Sequence record: NZ_CP047975.1 | Direction: 5' to 3' (one strand) | DNA length: 64,000 nucleotides | From: a plasmid | In this document: piece after piece, positions 11,441-21,161 of the stretch | Position numbering within the stretch: the stretch's first letter is position 1 | Layout of the letters: each line of letters starts with the position of its first letter | Translations under genes and position numbers: made by a program | Notes under the pieces: model-generated | Database searches by the model: none | What the model was told of the DNA's origin: nothing | What the model saw: the letters and a program-made list of their open reading frames with translations, nothing else

Positions 11441-12273
11441 ATTGAAAAATGAATGGATTTAAACACTACATGTATGCACGAAAAAAAGTATCGCTGCGGT
11501 TCTGCTGACAGGCTGTATTGAGCATTGAATGCAAATGATGTAGTAATTGTCTACAGGCTATAGGACCAGCATGAAGAAGAATGAAATGTAGTTGCCAATT
11601 TATAACCTTGGTTGAAAAGCATAGCATTGTTATTCGGAGAAGTGAGGTAAGCCATCCTTCTCTTATTCATTTAAAATGATTCTTACTCAACTGATCTCGA
11701 CTCATGGGCTGGTTCCAATTAGACGGATAATAACTTCCATCCCCTATCTTTTTCTTACCACATTTCTTGCATTTAATCCCTTCTTTGGAGATTTGATTCA
11801 GCATCACTGTTGTCGGTTGAATCAAATCAATGACATAGTTCGTTGGTTCAGGAAAAGCAGAAGAGGCTGCTTTATTGCAAAAGAGAACATTCGGATCAAA
11901 TGGATTGGATTGCACAAAAGCCATGATACAGCCACAGAGTAATTCACCTGCATGTAATCTGTAACATCCATTCAGGTCATCAGACGAAGATTAATCTGAA
12001 ATTTAAGCACTAAACGCCATAAATCTATGTATGGGCAGACTTTTTTGAGACATATGTTGATAAACATGCGGCAAGTTACATTGCTTAAAAGTCTATCTAA
12101 GTTAACGATCTATTCAATTCTGGATAAGTAATCTGAATATTACGATCCTAAATTACCCGAAGAGTATTAAGATTTCTAAGAATCGTGATTGTTGGTTTAT
12201 TTGGGAAATTAATCAGTGGATTGAAGCAAAGATGATGGCTCATTAAGGATTGTGGGCTTCGACTACTTAAATT

Positions 12274-12870
12274 TTAGGTATTTTGAATAAAGCATATTTC
12301 AAAAATCTTAATTAATGGATTTAAATTACCATAAAAACCTTCAATATTGGCTTGAATCCATTGTTGTTGAGAGTCAATGCGAGACCAATCAATACCATAA
12401 CCACAATGAGCAATCAGATGCTCAAAGAAAATCCGTTGTGTACGTCCATTACCTTCACGGAATGGGTGTATGACATTAAGCTCACAATACAAGTCGGCAA
12501 GTTGAGGAATCAGTTGTTGTGGTGCTAAGCCTTGAAAGTATTTTTTTTCTTGAAGCGTTTTGAGTAGTTTATTGGTTTCAATTTCAATACGGGAAAAATT
12601 ACAAAAACGGGTGTCACCTTTGGAAATATCGATTTGTCTTAACTTTCCTGCCCAGTCGTATAAGTCGCCAAAGAGCTGCGCATGAATTGATTTTAAGTAT
12701 TGTAAGTCGTAAGGTGGTTCAGCATATTCAATTAAGTTACTTGCCAATCCAGACAGTTCTAGTTCAGCTTGTTCTAAAATTTGTTCATCATGAATATTGA
12801 GTTTGTTCTTTAGGATATTTGTGCCAGGGTAACAATACAGGCTGTCACCCATTTCCCCATATTTATCCAT
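12274..12870 (-). CDS. fic: Fic/Doc-family protein (AMPylase-type toxin), with the canonical Fic motif HPFREGNGRTQR
   Basis: 198 aa. HPFREGNGR motif present. Confidence 0.85.
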   Translation of the reverse strand: MDKYGEMGDSLYCYPGTNILKNKLNIHDEQILEQAELELSGLASNLIEYAEPPYDLQYLKSIHAQLFGDLYDWAGKLRQIDISKGDTRFCNFSRIEIETNKLLKTLQEKKYFQGLAPQQLIPQLADLYCELNVIHPFREGNGRTQRIFFEHLIAHCGYGIDWSRIDSQQQWIQANIEGFYGNLNPLIKIFEICFIQNT

Positions 12871-12882
12871 ACATGCACCTGA

Positions 12883-13050
12883 CTAAGTTTCGGGTTGCGA
12901 ATACTTCTTATATTTTTGCAAGATTTCAGCTTTACTTTGTTGAGTTGTTTGAGCTGTCGTTGTAATGCCTTCAAGCTTTAGGCTGGCTTGATAGTTTTGC
13001 GCACGTGTCGCTTGAATATATTTTTTTTTCTGTTCAGTGGTTCTGAGCAT
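12883..13050 (-). CDS. yhfG: YhfG-like small protein (55 aa), a putative Fic antitoxin partner. It is absent from the ORF track because it is under 60 aa
   Basis: My translation of the minus strand is MLRTTEQKKKYIQATRAQNYQASLKLEGITTTAQTTQQSKAEILQKYKKYSQPET. It resembles E. coli YhfG (the ...QASRRLEGV... region). It sits 12 bp upstream of fic in the same orientation. Confidence 0.55.
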   Translation of the reverse strand: MLRTTEQKKKYIQATRAQNYQASLKLEGITTTAQTTQQSKAEILQKYKKYSQPET

Positions 13051-13324
13051 TTCGAAACTCCATTGATGCTACACGTGAAGTAAGTATAGCAGAGAATCTT
13101 TTTGATCAATGCTGCATACACAGCATTTCAAAATGTAATACAACGGTATTGTTTCATGTAATAACAGAAAACTAAAAAAAAGTGGAAGAATTTTTAAAAT
13201 TTAGACCACCCATGATAAGTAAACCATATGTATTTGTTGATAATTGTAATTTTGAGAAAATTTAGTTGATAAATTAAATGAATTTTAATATACAAAGATA
13301 TGCTCATTTTTTATATCGATAAAA

Positions 13325-13789
13325 ATGTTAAAATTTGACTATTTAGTAAAAAATATAGAGATATTTATGGGGCAATTTATCATGCCCTTTTGCTTTGATC
13401 GGCCAGATATTCAGATTGAGATGGTGAAAATCAATTCAGAATTATTGAAAATCAAAAAGATTAAACAGAGTCAGAAAGTCGTAGTACAAGCAAAGTTCAA
13501 AGTAATCTACGTCAAAATTTGGCAAAAAATTTTGCTATTGATGCAAACGGAGCGAGGATTACGTGTGCATTCTAATTATGTTGCAATCATACAGTTGATA
13601 CAAAATCTGGATTATTTTATCGAAAAATCACAGCAACATTCATGCTTTGAGAGAAAAGCCCAAAAAGAGTTAGATGCAAAATTTTTTGCTCGATTTTTTA
13701 AGCTGACAAAAAATTCAATAAAAGATCAACTCATACCAAATTGTGCGGATTTAAATGAATTTTACACATACAACTCGATAAAAATTTAA
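13325..13789 (+). CDS. Hypothetical protein (154 aa) abutting the start of the 783-aa gene
   Basis: The ORF ends 1 bp before the 13790 start. It is AT-rich with no recognisable motifs. Confidence 0.35.
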   Translation: MLKFDYLVKNIEIFMGQFIMPFCFDRPDIQIEMVKINSELLKIKKIKQSQKVVVQAKFKVIYVKIWQKILLLMQTERGLRVHSNYVAIIQLIQNLDYFIEKSQQHSCFERKAQKELDAKFFARFFKLTKNSIKDQLIPNCADLNEFYTYNSIKI

Positions 13790-16141
13790 TTGAAAATGAA
13801 TATGCAAATGACTGAACGAGAAAAGCGATTTTTAGAGTTAGCAGAAGAATTTCAACAAGATTATTGTCTGCTACGTGATGAAGTTGTGAATACACAATTT
13901 CTCGATCTATCAGATGATTTGTATGAAAAAGTTCATGCGCTATATGAGAAGGCGCAACAGATATACGGCTATATATCTAGTACGAGGCAAATTGGTAATT
14001 ATTATTTGCTAGCTTGTTTAAGTTATTTTGCATCTCCTGATACTAGTAATACGCAAAATTTAACGTCTCAACGTTATCTGATTCTGCAAGCAAGTTTTTT
14101 AACTTATCGACATTACCAAGATTTTTCAAAAATTCCTAAAGGTGAGAATAAGAAAAAACAGGTCTGTGATCTCTTGCGTTATGTATCACGATATGTGCTG
14201 CATTCTAGTAATGCTGAATTATTTGAAGAATGCAGTAAGCTATTAAATCGTTATGTCATGTACGAACGTAGCTTGAAAAACGAGGATCGTAATCAACTTT
14301 TTAATATTAATGATTTTCAAGAAATAAAAGTAATTGAATATTTATCGGCACTATTGATCATATTTATACGACTAGATGATCGTAGTGTTGTTCATCGTCA
14401 ACGTAAGTCAAAAGAACGGAAAGCTTTACAATGGCCAACTAAAAACGAAGTCAGAATATTTCGTGAAATAAAATCAGGTAAGCAAGAAGATGTCGGATAT
14501 AACGCAAAAATCAGTTTTCATGATGCCTCTCTTCACAAAGATGAAGATGGTGAAATTGAGCTTGCAGACGCTGAAGTAGAGTTATATTCAGAAGATGAAA
14601 AGACTAAACAATTTAATCATATAATTAGTGATTATGTTGCGCATTACACGCGTCATCGCCAACGCCGGCATGCTCCATTTATTACAAATCCTCATTATTT
14701 AGCGCCGGACGTACTGAAGCAAGTTGTATATGTACTAAGAGCCGAATTATTTGGAAACTGGAAAGATGCTGCAATAGCTGCTGCATGTTTATTATCACTG
14801 TTGACAGGATTATCACCCGTTGCACTGATGAATTTTAACGAGCTTATTCAAGATGGAATTTTGATCCAGAATGGTTCAAGTAGACGTCGCGAATATTTAC
14901 TCAAATTAAATCTTAAAATTACAGAGCAGAAGATTAAGAGCTTAAATCATGTGCGATGGAATGAAGAGATGTCGCATCAACTACATCTACCTGCGGCATG
15001 GTTTGACTACATCGAGCAAGGAGATAATCCATCTATATCTTCAGCTTATATTAATACCAAGCTTAAGAAATGGCTTGATAATCAGTTTGTAGGTTCGATC
15101 ACCGTTGAAAAACTTCAAGCACAATTATATTTTCATATATGTTATGAAACATTTAATGAATATCTTGCACATGTGATCGCGGGCCGGGATAGTCAGCATC
15201 ATATGCCCGGTATTTTTTATGGCGGGCTTCCAAAGGCTCAACTGGATACTACATATCTTTGCTATTTAGAAACAGTGCTTACACCGCATTCTGCTCAATT
15301 TGATGAAGACACAGCAGAACTTAATATATTGCAACAAAAATTTAAAATTAGATCTGCTTTATCTATAGGTCGGATAGGGAGCCAACTTGCACTTGCACCA
15401 AATTTCGTACAAGAGCAATTTAATTACTTACATAAGCACTGTGAAGAGAATATTCAAAAACATAAACATATCATTAATCAACTGAATGCATATGCCTGCT
15501 GGATGTGGCATGTTAGTTTGTTGTGTTTAACAAATCGACCTAAAGAAAGTCTGTTGGGTCAATTGGATGATTACTGTTTTGAACTCAAGCTTTTATATGT
15601 GAATGATAAGAAAAATAGTAAGGCAAGAAAGGATGGTCGCTTTATCCCATTATCTGATTTTTTCATCAAAGCATTGCAAAATTACACTACTTTTTTAGAA
15701 CAAATTATTGAAGCATACGGTTTATTTTTTAGACAAGTCTTTGTAAAGAAGAAAATTACTATAAATGATCTTTTTGGAATGGTCCTAGTTAGTAACGAGA
15801 GCCTTCCGATGACTGTCAAAGAGTGGCAGAGTAAAAAAATTAAGTTAATCCCGTTATCAAGGAGCTGGGTAAATGCCTATATGCGAGAGATTTTTCCCAG
15901 AAATATGTATTCAAATTGGTTACGCCATTTTGATATGAATTTTTTGATGCATGAGCAGCAAGAGGGTAAACCAGCATTAGCTTTTCACTTAATTCAGGCC
16001 CTGTATGGTCATGACCAACGTGACCGAGAGGCTTTTCATCCGCATTCTTCACTTATCCCGAATGTCTATGTACAGCAAGCCCGCCAGCAATTGCAAGATA
16101 ATGTCAAATCTTTATCGATTAAACACTTAGAGCGAAAATAG
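13790..16141 (+). CDS. Large protein (783 aa) with a divergent, probably catalytically degenerate tyrosine-recombinase-like C-terminal region
   Basis: Box I-like LLTGLSPVALMNF, with S replacing the conserved R. K-hairpin-like RKDGRFIPLSDFF. Box II-like NWLRHFDMNFLMH and LYGHDQRDREAFHPH. Confidence 0.75.
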   Translation: MKMNMQMTEREKRFLELAEEFQQDYCLLRDEVVNTQFLDLSDDLYEKVHALYEKAQQIYGYISSTRQIGNYYLLACLSYFASPDTSNTQNLTSQRYLILQASFLTYRHYQDFSKIPKGENKKKQVCDLLRYVSRYVLHSSNAELFEECSKLLNRYVMYERSLKNEDRNQLFNINDFQEIKVIEYLSALLIIFIRLDDRSVVHRQRKSKERKALQWPTKNEVRIFREIKSGKQEDVGYNAKISFHDASLHKDEDGEIELADAEVELYSEDEKTKQFNHIISDYVAHYTRHRQRRHAPFITNPHYLAPDVLKQVVYVLRAELFGNWKDAAIAAACLLSLLTGLSPVALMNFNELIQDGILIQNGSSRRREYLLKLNLKITEQKIKSLNHVRWNEEMSHQLHLPAAWFDYIEQGDNPSISSAYINTKLKKWLDNQFVGSITVEKLQAQLYFHICYETFNEYLAHVIAGRDSQHHMPGIFYGGLPKAQLDTTYLCYLETVLTPHSAQFDEDTAELNILQQKFKIRSALSIGRIGSQLALAPNFVQEQFNYLHKHCEENIQKHKHIINQLNAYACWMWHVSLLCLTNRPKESLLGQLDDYCFELKLLYVNDKKNSKARKDGRFIPLSDFFIKALQNYTTFLEQIIEAYGLFFRQVFVKKKITINDLFGMVLVSNESLPMTVKEWQSKKIKLIPLSRSWVNAYMREIFPRNMYSNWLRHFDMNFLMHEQQEGKPALAFHLIQALYGHDQRDREAFHPHSSLIPNVYVQQARQQLQDNVKSLSIKHLERK

Positions 16142-16145
16142 TTGT

Positions 16146-19100
16146 ATGCAAAAAATCAAAGAACTAATAAAACCACAACTAGATGATCTATTTGTTGATA
16201 TTCATAAAATGGTGAAAAAGTCGCTAGATAGACAGCCTTCTCCACCTGAAGTATTGACGAAAGAAATGCAGCAAAAACTTGATCAGCAGATCGCTGAAAA
16301 ATGGCATGACATTAAAGATAGTGTTGATTGTTTGAGTCAAAAGTTGAGCCGAGACGAACAATCAAAACTGATGCAATTTACTGAAGATGAATTTAATAAA
16401 AGAAGGAAGCAATTCAACCAGAATGTAGATAAAAAATCATACAGAATTAAGCTAAATCCACATACTAAACGGATCGTACTGCCTAGAAAAATTGAGAGTA
16501 CAGAGTCACGGTTAGAACAGGGGCATCTACATATCCATGTACTTAAGGAATTAAGGCAGTATTGGCAAGATTCATTTGAATATTGGAATGAACCAAAGTA
16601 CTTATGGGGAAATTTATGCTTAAGTTTTATATATATTTCAGGCTGTGCAGATGAACAGCATTTGATTGCTATTCAGAAGCAATTGCAGGAGGCCATTGAG
16701 CTTGGTACAGATCTGAATTGTTTTCGGTTATACCATTCGGACTACAAAAAAATCACTAATCCATTGTTACTACATTATCGTGTTGAAAACTCTCAATATG
16801 GCAACGATGTAGAACAGGGAAAGTTGTACCAATGGAAACATGTTTTTTTTAACCCATATGCGCAGTTCATTTTGCAATATTTAAAAAAGTTGAAAGCTAC
16901 TCAGAAAGAATTTTGTCTGCAACATTCAGTTGAAGATTGTATTTTAGAAAGCTTGAGTAAGATAGGCAGGAAAAAAAGTCTTGGGGATCTGCAATATCAA
17001 ATTAAACGCCGTGGATTTCGTGCATTTAATGATGTGCAAATGGTACTCGAATTTAATCCAAACCTCAGCATAGATATATTTTTGAGTAATGTGCTTCAGC
17101 AAGAGATTAATACTGTTGCTTTAAGGCCATCCGAATTTAGATTGCTGTGGAATAATGATTACAATCAAGTCACAGAACCAGATAATCGCCCTATTCATTT
17201 TGAACAAGAGCAGTTACTTCCTGAAGTTCCGACTGTTCAAAGCAAATTACAAACGATTCCGTATGAGTTGATGTTGTTTGGTCAAAAGAAACGTAAAGGT
17301 CAAAAAGTTGAGCGTTTAGATAAAAAGAGGAATAAAGAAGAACGCACGCTACGTTTTTGGCAAGAAACTAGAAGGGTGTTAGAGGAGAAGATAGTTGATG
17401 CTAATACGGAGGAAAAGTCTTTAATTGATGCTCAACTACGCTTAATTCACTGGTTAATGCATTTAAAAAAACGAGGGCTTCAATTATCAACTATTGAAAG
17501 CTACTTAGGATCGTTTGGCAAAGAATTTATATTTGAGATTTGGCTCAATAAATTAGATTTAAAGCAACAATCCATAGATGACTATGAGGATTTATATCGG
17601 CAGCTATTGAAATACAGCAGTGAACGTGATGAAAAAGCAGTTCAACGAGATTCGGTGAAAGGAAAAACCTCTCGTAAGATGCACCAAAGCGCAGAATACC
17701 GTTTTGGTCGCCTAAAAGATTTTCATCAATTCTGTATAGAGAATTATGATGCTCCAGGGGTATTGGTGTTACAGAATTCAAGTTTTAAGCATTTACAAAT
17801 TTGCAATGCACGGCTAGTGAGTCCTTTGCTATTTGGCAAATTATTGGAAAAACTAGAAAATTTAAGTCAAGAGCCAACGGCATCAGAGTGGGTCGATCAT
17901 CTGAGTTGTTTAAAGCTGATGTATTTACTAAGTTATAGAACTGGACTTCGATTAAATGAAGTTCGTTGTCTTAAAATACAAGATATTATTTGCCCAGAGC
18001 TACTTTATAAAGAAAAAGAAAATACAGTTTTTAATAATATCACGCTTCATATCCAAGACAATTCATATCGCCGTCTGAAAACGCGAAGTGCGAATCGTCA
18101 AATACCATTGAAAATTGCATTGTCAGAACATGAGTTTTTAGTAGTACAACGTTACATACAACATCGTTATGAGCAATATTTGGTTAATCAGCAGGATGAT
18201 CAACTTTTTAGTGTGAATCATCGTGTATTAACTGATCAATGTATCAGCAAAATTACAGTAGATTTGTTTAGTCAAATATTAGGTATGCATCATGGCTTTA
18301 GTTTTCATACATTACGCCACAGTGCTGCTAACTATCTAGCAATAACTTTGCTCGGTTCAAAAGAAATGATCAAGACCTACACAGATTGTCCTTGGGTAAA
18401 AGCAAAAAAGATGAGGGATTTATTGTTTGGTATGAAAGCACGTGCTCAAGAAGAGATTATTCAACATAAATGGCAGGTGCTCGCCTCTTGGATGGGGCAT
18501 AGCAGTATTGAGCAAACGGCTTCAAATTACCTTCATGTTTTGGATTTATTAGCAGTCGATCGAATTTATAATTCGCCGTGTATCATTTCAAAAAAAGTAT
18601 TAGAACAGTGTTTTGGTCCAGTGAAGTCAAGTACAGAGTACATAAACTTAAATCGTTATACTCAGCAGCAGAAATGGTTTGATTCTTATCATCAGCAAAC
18701 ACAGCCATTCACAATGGTTGGCCAACAAGAGAAGAAGTTTAGTATCGAGAATAGTACTCTGACACCTTATCAACGTTTGATAAATTTTAGAGATGCCCGT
18801 AGCAAAGATCCCCAAGCTCAAGTATGGCTGCAGCGATGTCAATTGATGTGCACTAAATGGATGAGCCCCCAAAAATTTAACTTAAAAGTTGAAAATATTG
18901 AGGGAGAGATTATAGATGAAGGTTGGTTTGAGGATCTTCACAATAAAGCCAGGAAATTGTCTCGTTCTAATGAACGCAATACCTTCCTTGATTTGTACGA
19001 TCAAGAAGAGAATAGGCCTGACATATATCAAAGAAAGAACAAGATTGATGCTCTAAAAATATTATTACACTTTGGTAAGTTACGTAAGAATTTTTTGCAT

Positions 19101-19340
19101 TTTGTATGTCGAGATCAAGACGATGAGCAACGAATTAGAAGTTTTATTGCTGGAATGAAGCCAATATTAGGAGAAGAGCTAAATTTAGGTATACAAAATT
19201 ATCCAGTTAATATGAATGCACCTGAGCGAAGAGTTCAATTCAGTTTTCAAAGAATAGACTCTAATAAAAATGTGACAGTTCTGGTTTTATTTAATCTAAT
19301 GTTAAAAATCATGCAGGAAGATGAGCTTTGGATTAAATAG
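16146..19340 (+). CDS. Large protein (1064 aa) with an embedded intact tyrosine-recombinase (phage-integrase-type) catalytic domain at about residues 590-800
   Basis: Box I LSYRTGLRLNEV. K-hairpin LKTRSANRQIPL. Box II FHTLRHSAANYL. WMGHSSIEQTASNYLHV gives the His and the catalytic Tyr. There are a 580-aa N-terminal and a 260-aa C-terminal region of unknown function. Confidence 0.85.
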   Translation: MQKIKELIKPQLDDLFVDIHKMVKKSLDRQPSPPEVLTKEMQQKLDQQIAEKWHDIKDSVDCLSQKLSRDEQSKLMQFTEDEFNKRRKQFNQNVDKKSYRIKLNPHTKRIVLPRKIESTESRLEQGHLHIHVLKELRQYWQDSFEYWNEPKYLWGNLCLSFIYISGCADEQHLIAIQKQLQEAIELGTDLNCFRLYHSDYKKITNPLLLHYRVENSQYGNDVEQGKLYQWKHVFFNPYAQFILQYLKKLKATQKEFCLQHSVEDCILESLSKIGRKKSLGDLQYQIKRRGFRAFNDVQMVLEFNPNLSIDIFLSNVLQQEINTVALRPSEFRLLWNNDYNQVTEPDNRPIHFEQEQLLPEVPTVQSKLQTIPYELMLFGQKKRKGQKVERLDKKRNKEERTLRFWQETRRVLEEKIVDANTEEKSLIDAQLRLIHWLMHLKKRGLQLSTIESYLGSFGKEFIFEIWLNKLDLKQQSIDDYEDLYRQLLKYSSERDEKAVQRDSVKGKTSRKMHQSAEYRFGRLKDFHQFCIENYDAPGVLVLQNSSFKHLQICNARLVSPLLFGKLLEKLENLSQEPTASEWVDHLSCLKLMYLLSYRTGLRLNEVRCLKIQDIICPELLYKEKENTVFNNITLHIQDNSYRRLKTRSANRQIPLKIALSEHEFLVVQRYIQHRYEQYLVNQQDDQLFSVNHRVLTDQCISKITVDLFSQILGMHHGFSFHTLRHSAANYLAITLLGSKEMIKTYTDCPWVKAKKMRDLLFGMKARAQEEIIQHKWQVLASWMGHSSIEQTASNYLHVLDLLAVDRIYNSPCIISKKVLEQCFGPVKSSTEYINLNRYTQQQKWFDSYHQQTQPFTMVGQQEKKFSIENSTLTPYQRLINFRDARSKDPQAQVWLQRCQLMCTKWMSPQKFNLKVENIEGEIIDEGWFEDLHNKARKLSRSNERNTFLDLYDQEENRPDIYQRKNKIDALKILLHFGKLRKNFLHFVCRDQDDEQRIRSFIAGMKPILGEELNLGIQNYPVNMNAPERRVQFSFQRIDSNKNVTVLVLFNLMLKIMQEDELWIK

Positions 19341-19818
19341 CCTAAGCTAACTAAAAGGTATTGTTTAAAAATTTCTTTGGTCATAAGTAAACGGCTTTTT
19401 TGCTCAAGCCTATACCTTAAGTCTACCGTACAACGAATTGGTGCTCTTACAATAAATCCTTGATCAATCGAGGAAACATATCGATAGGGTAAGCTCAACC
19501 ACAAGATAAACAGGGATCAAATTAAGCTTATTCTGAGGCAGCTTGGGCAAATTTAATCTTCAAATCTTTGGGCAACAAAGCCGAGCGTTACCGAAATCGA
19601 GGTAAAAGACTGCGTATGGGATTTCTTTTAATTGTTGGAATTTACAATATAGAATTGAGAAAGAAATGATTTGTGTAAGAGAACTATTGTTATTCGTATA
19701 ATTTTAAAACAAGATATCAACTATTTAAAATTGTGATTTTAGCATTTTAAGCATGCCATTAATTCGGTTTGATTAAATTGCAAAGGGGATAATAATGCTA
19801 GAAGATGAAAATAAGAGG

Positions 19819-21124
19819 GTGTAAATAATTCTGTGTAAATACAGTTTTAAAAATACTTGGTTACACGCTCTTCAAACATGATACTAAAGCGGTTCATAGC
19901 AGATTTCCAATTTTGGATAGGCATTGTCCATTTTTTGCTTGCTGCCATAATCGCTAAATATACCACTTTTTTCACTGAATCATCAGTCGGGAAGATTTTT
20001 CTTTTCTTGGTCGCATGACGGATCACGCTGTTCAATGATTCAATCGCATTCGTTGTGTAGATTGCTTTACGAATATCCATAGGATAAGCAAAGAACGTGT
20101 TGAGATTCGGCCAATGCCCGAGCCATGATTTGCTGATTTGAGGGTATTTGTCATCCCATTTCTGACCAAATTCATCAAGAGCGTGTAAGGCTTCATCTTC
20201 GGTTACCGACTGGTAGATTTTCTTCAAATCAGATGTAACGGCCTTATAATCTTTCCAACTGACATACTTCAAGCTATTGCGTACCATATGGATAATACAC
20301 AACTGGATATGGGTATCAGGATAGACCGTATTAATCGCATCAGGAAAGCCTTTTAATCCATCCACACATGCAATCAGAATATCTTGCAAGCCACGATTCT
20401 TCAGTTCGGTGAGAACTGATAACCAGAACTTCGCCCCTTCGTTTTCAGCCATCCACAGTCCAAGTAAGTCTTTCTGCCCCTCTGTATTGACACCCAAAGC
20501 AAGAAATACAGCCTTGTTGATGACGGTGTTGTTATGTCGCACCTTCACGACAATACAGTCTAGGTAAACGATTGGATAGAATGCATCCAAAGGGCGGTTT
20601 TGCCATTGAGTGACTTGGTCGATCACAGCATCTGTCACCTTGGAAATTAAGGTAGCAGAGACATCTGCATCGTACATTTCCTTGAACGTGGCAACGATAT
20701 CTCGTGTCGTCATGCCTTTAGCATAAAGGGATAGAATTTGACTATCCATTTGCGTGATTCGAGTTTGACTTTTCTTGATGAACTGAGGCTCAAATGTACC
20801 ATCACGATCTCTAGGCGTGTCTAGCTCAAACTCACCATCATCAGTCAGTAGGCGTTTAGTTGTATAGCCATTACGAGCATTTTTACCTACTCTAGGACTA
20901 TGCTTCTCATAACCTAAATGGTCAGTGAGTTCAGCATTTAGAATAGTTTCCACCGTTAATTTCTTTAGAGCTTTACTGAAATTATTCAGGTCAGCTTCTG
21001 TCTTTAAGTTCTTGGCAAATTCTTTGGCTAATGCCAGCATTGCTTCATCTTTCATGGTAAACACCTGTGTTGCCCCTAACAGCGTTGAGGGATAGTCTAA
21101 GCGTTTACACAGTTTTATTTACAG
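19819..21124 (-). mobile_element. IS256-family insertion sequence, about 1.3 kb, inserted between the recombinase-like genes and the large helicase gene
   Basis: The 405-aa mutator-type transposase lies inside. Imperfect terminal repeats gtaaataattctgtgtaaatac / gtaaataaaactgtgtaaacgc. No 8-bp target duplication is visible. Confidence 0.8.
19847..21064 (-). CDS. IS256-family (mutator-type) transposase
   Basis: 405 aa with the typical IS256 transposase organisation (…DGLKGF…YPDTHIQLCIIHMVRNSL…). Confidence 0.9.
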   Translation of the reverse strand: MFTMKDEAMLALAKEFAKNLKTEADLNNFSKALKKLTVETILNAELTDHLGYEKHSPRVGKNARNGYTTKRLLTDDGEFELDTPRDRDGTFEPQFIKKSQTRITQMDSQILSLYAKGMTTRDIVATFKEMYDADVSATLISKVTDAVIDQVTQWQNRPLDAFYPIVYLDCIVVKVRHNNTVINKAVFLALGVNTEGQKDLLGLWMAENEGAKFWLSVLTELKNRGLQDILIACVDGLKGFPDAINTVYPDTHIQLCIIHMVRNSLKYVSWKDYKAVTSDLKKIYQSVTEDEALHALDEFGQKWDDKYPQISKSWLGHWPNLNTFFAYPMDIRKAIYTTNAIESLNSVIRHATKKRKIFPTDDSVKKVVYLAIMAASKKWTMPIQNWKSAMNRFSIMFEERVTKYF

Positions 21125-21161
21125 TCTCGAAAATAACCAACAACTTGATCCAAAATATTCA

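Noticed and set aside
21096-21161. Possibility that the large helicase gene is 5'-truncated by the IS256 insertion
   Set aside because: Only 22 in-frame codons lie between the upstream stop and the TTG start. The N-terminal transglutaminase-like and DUF4011 regions appear complete. The IS more likely sits in the intergenic region. Kept as a caveat rather than a pseudogene call.
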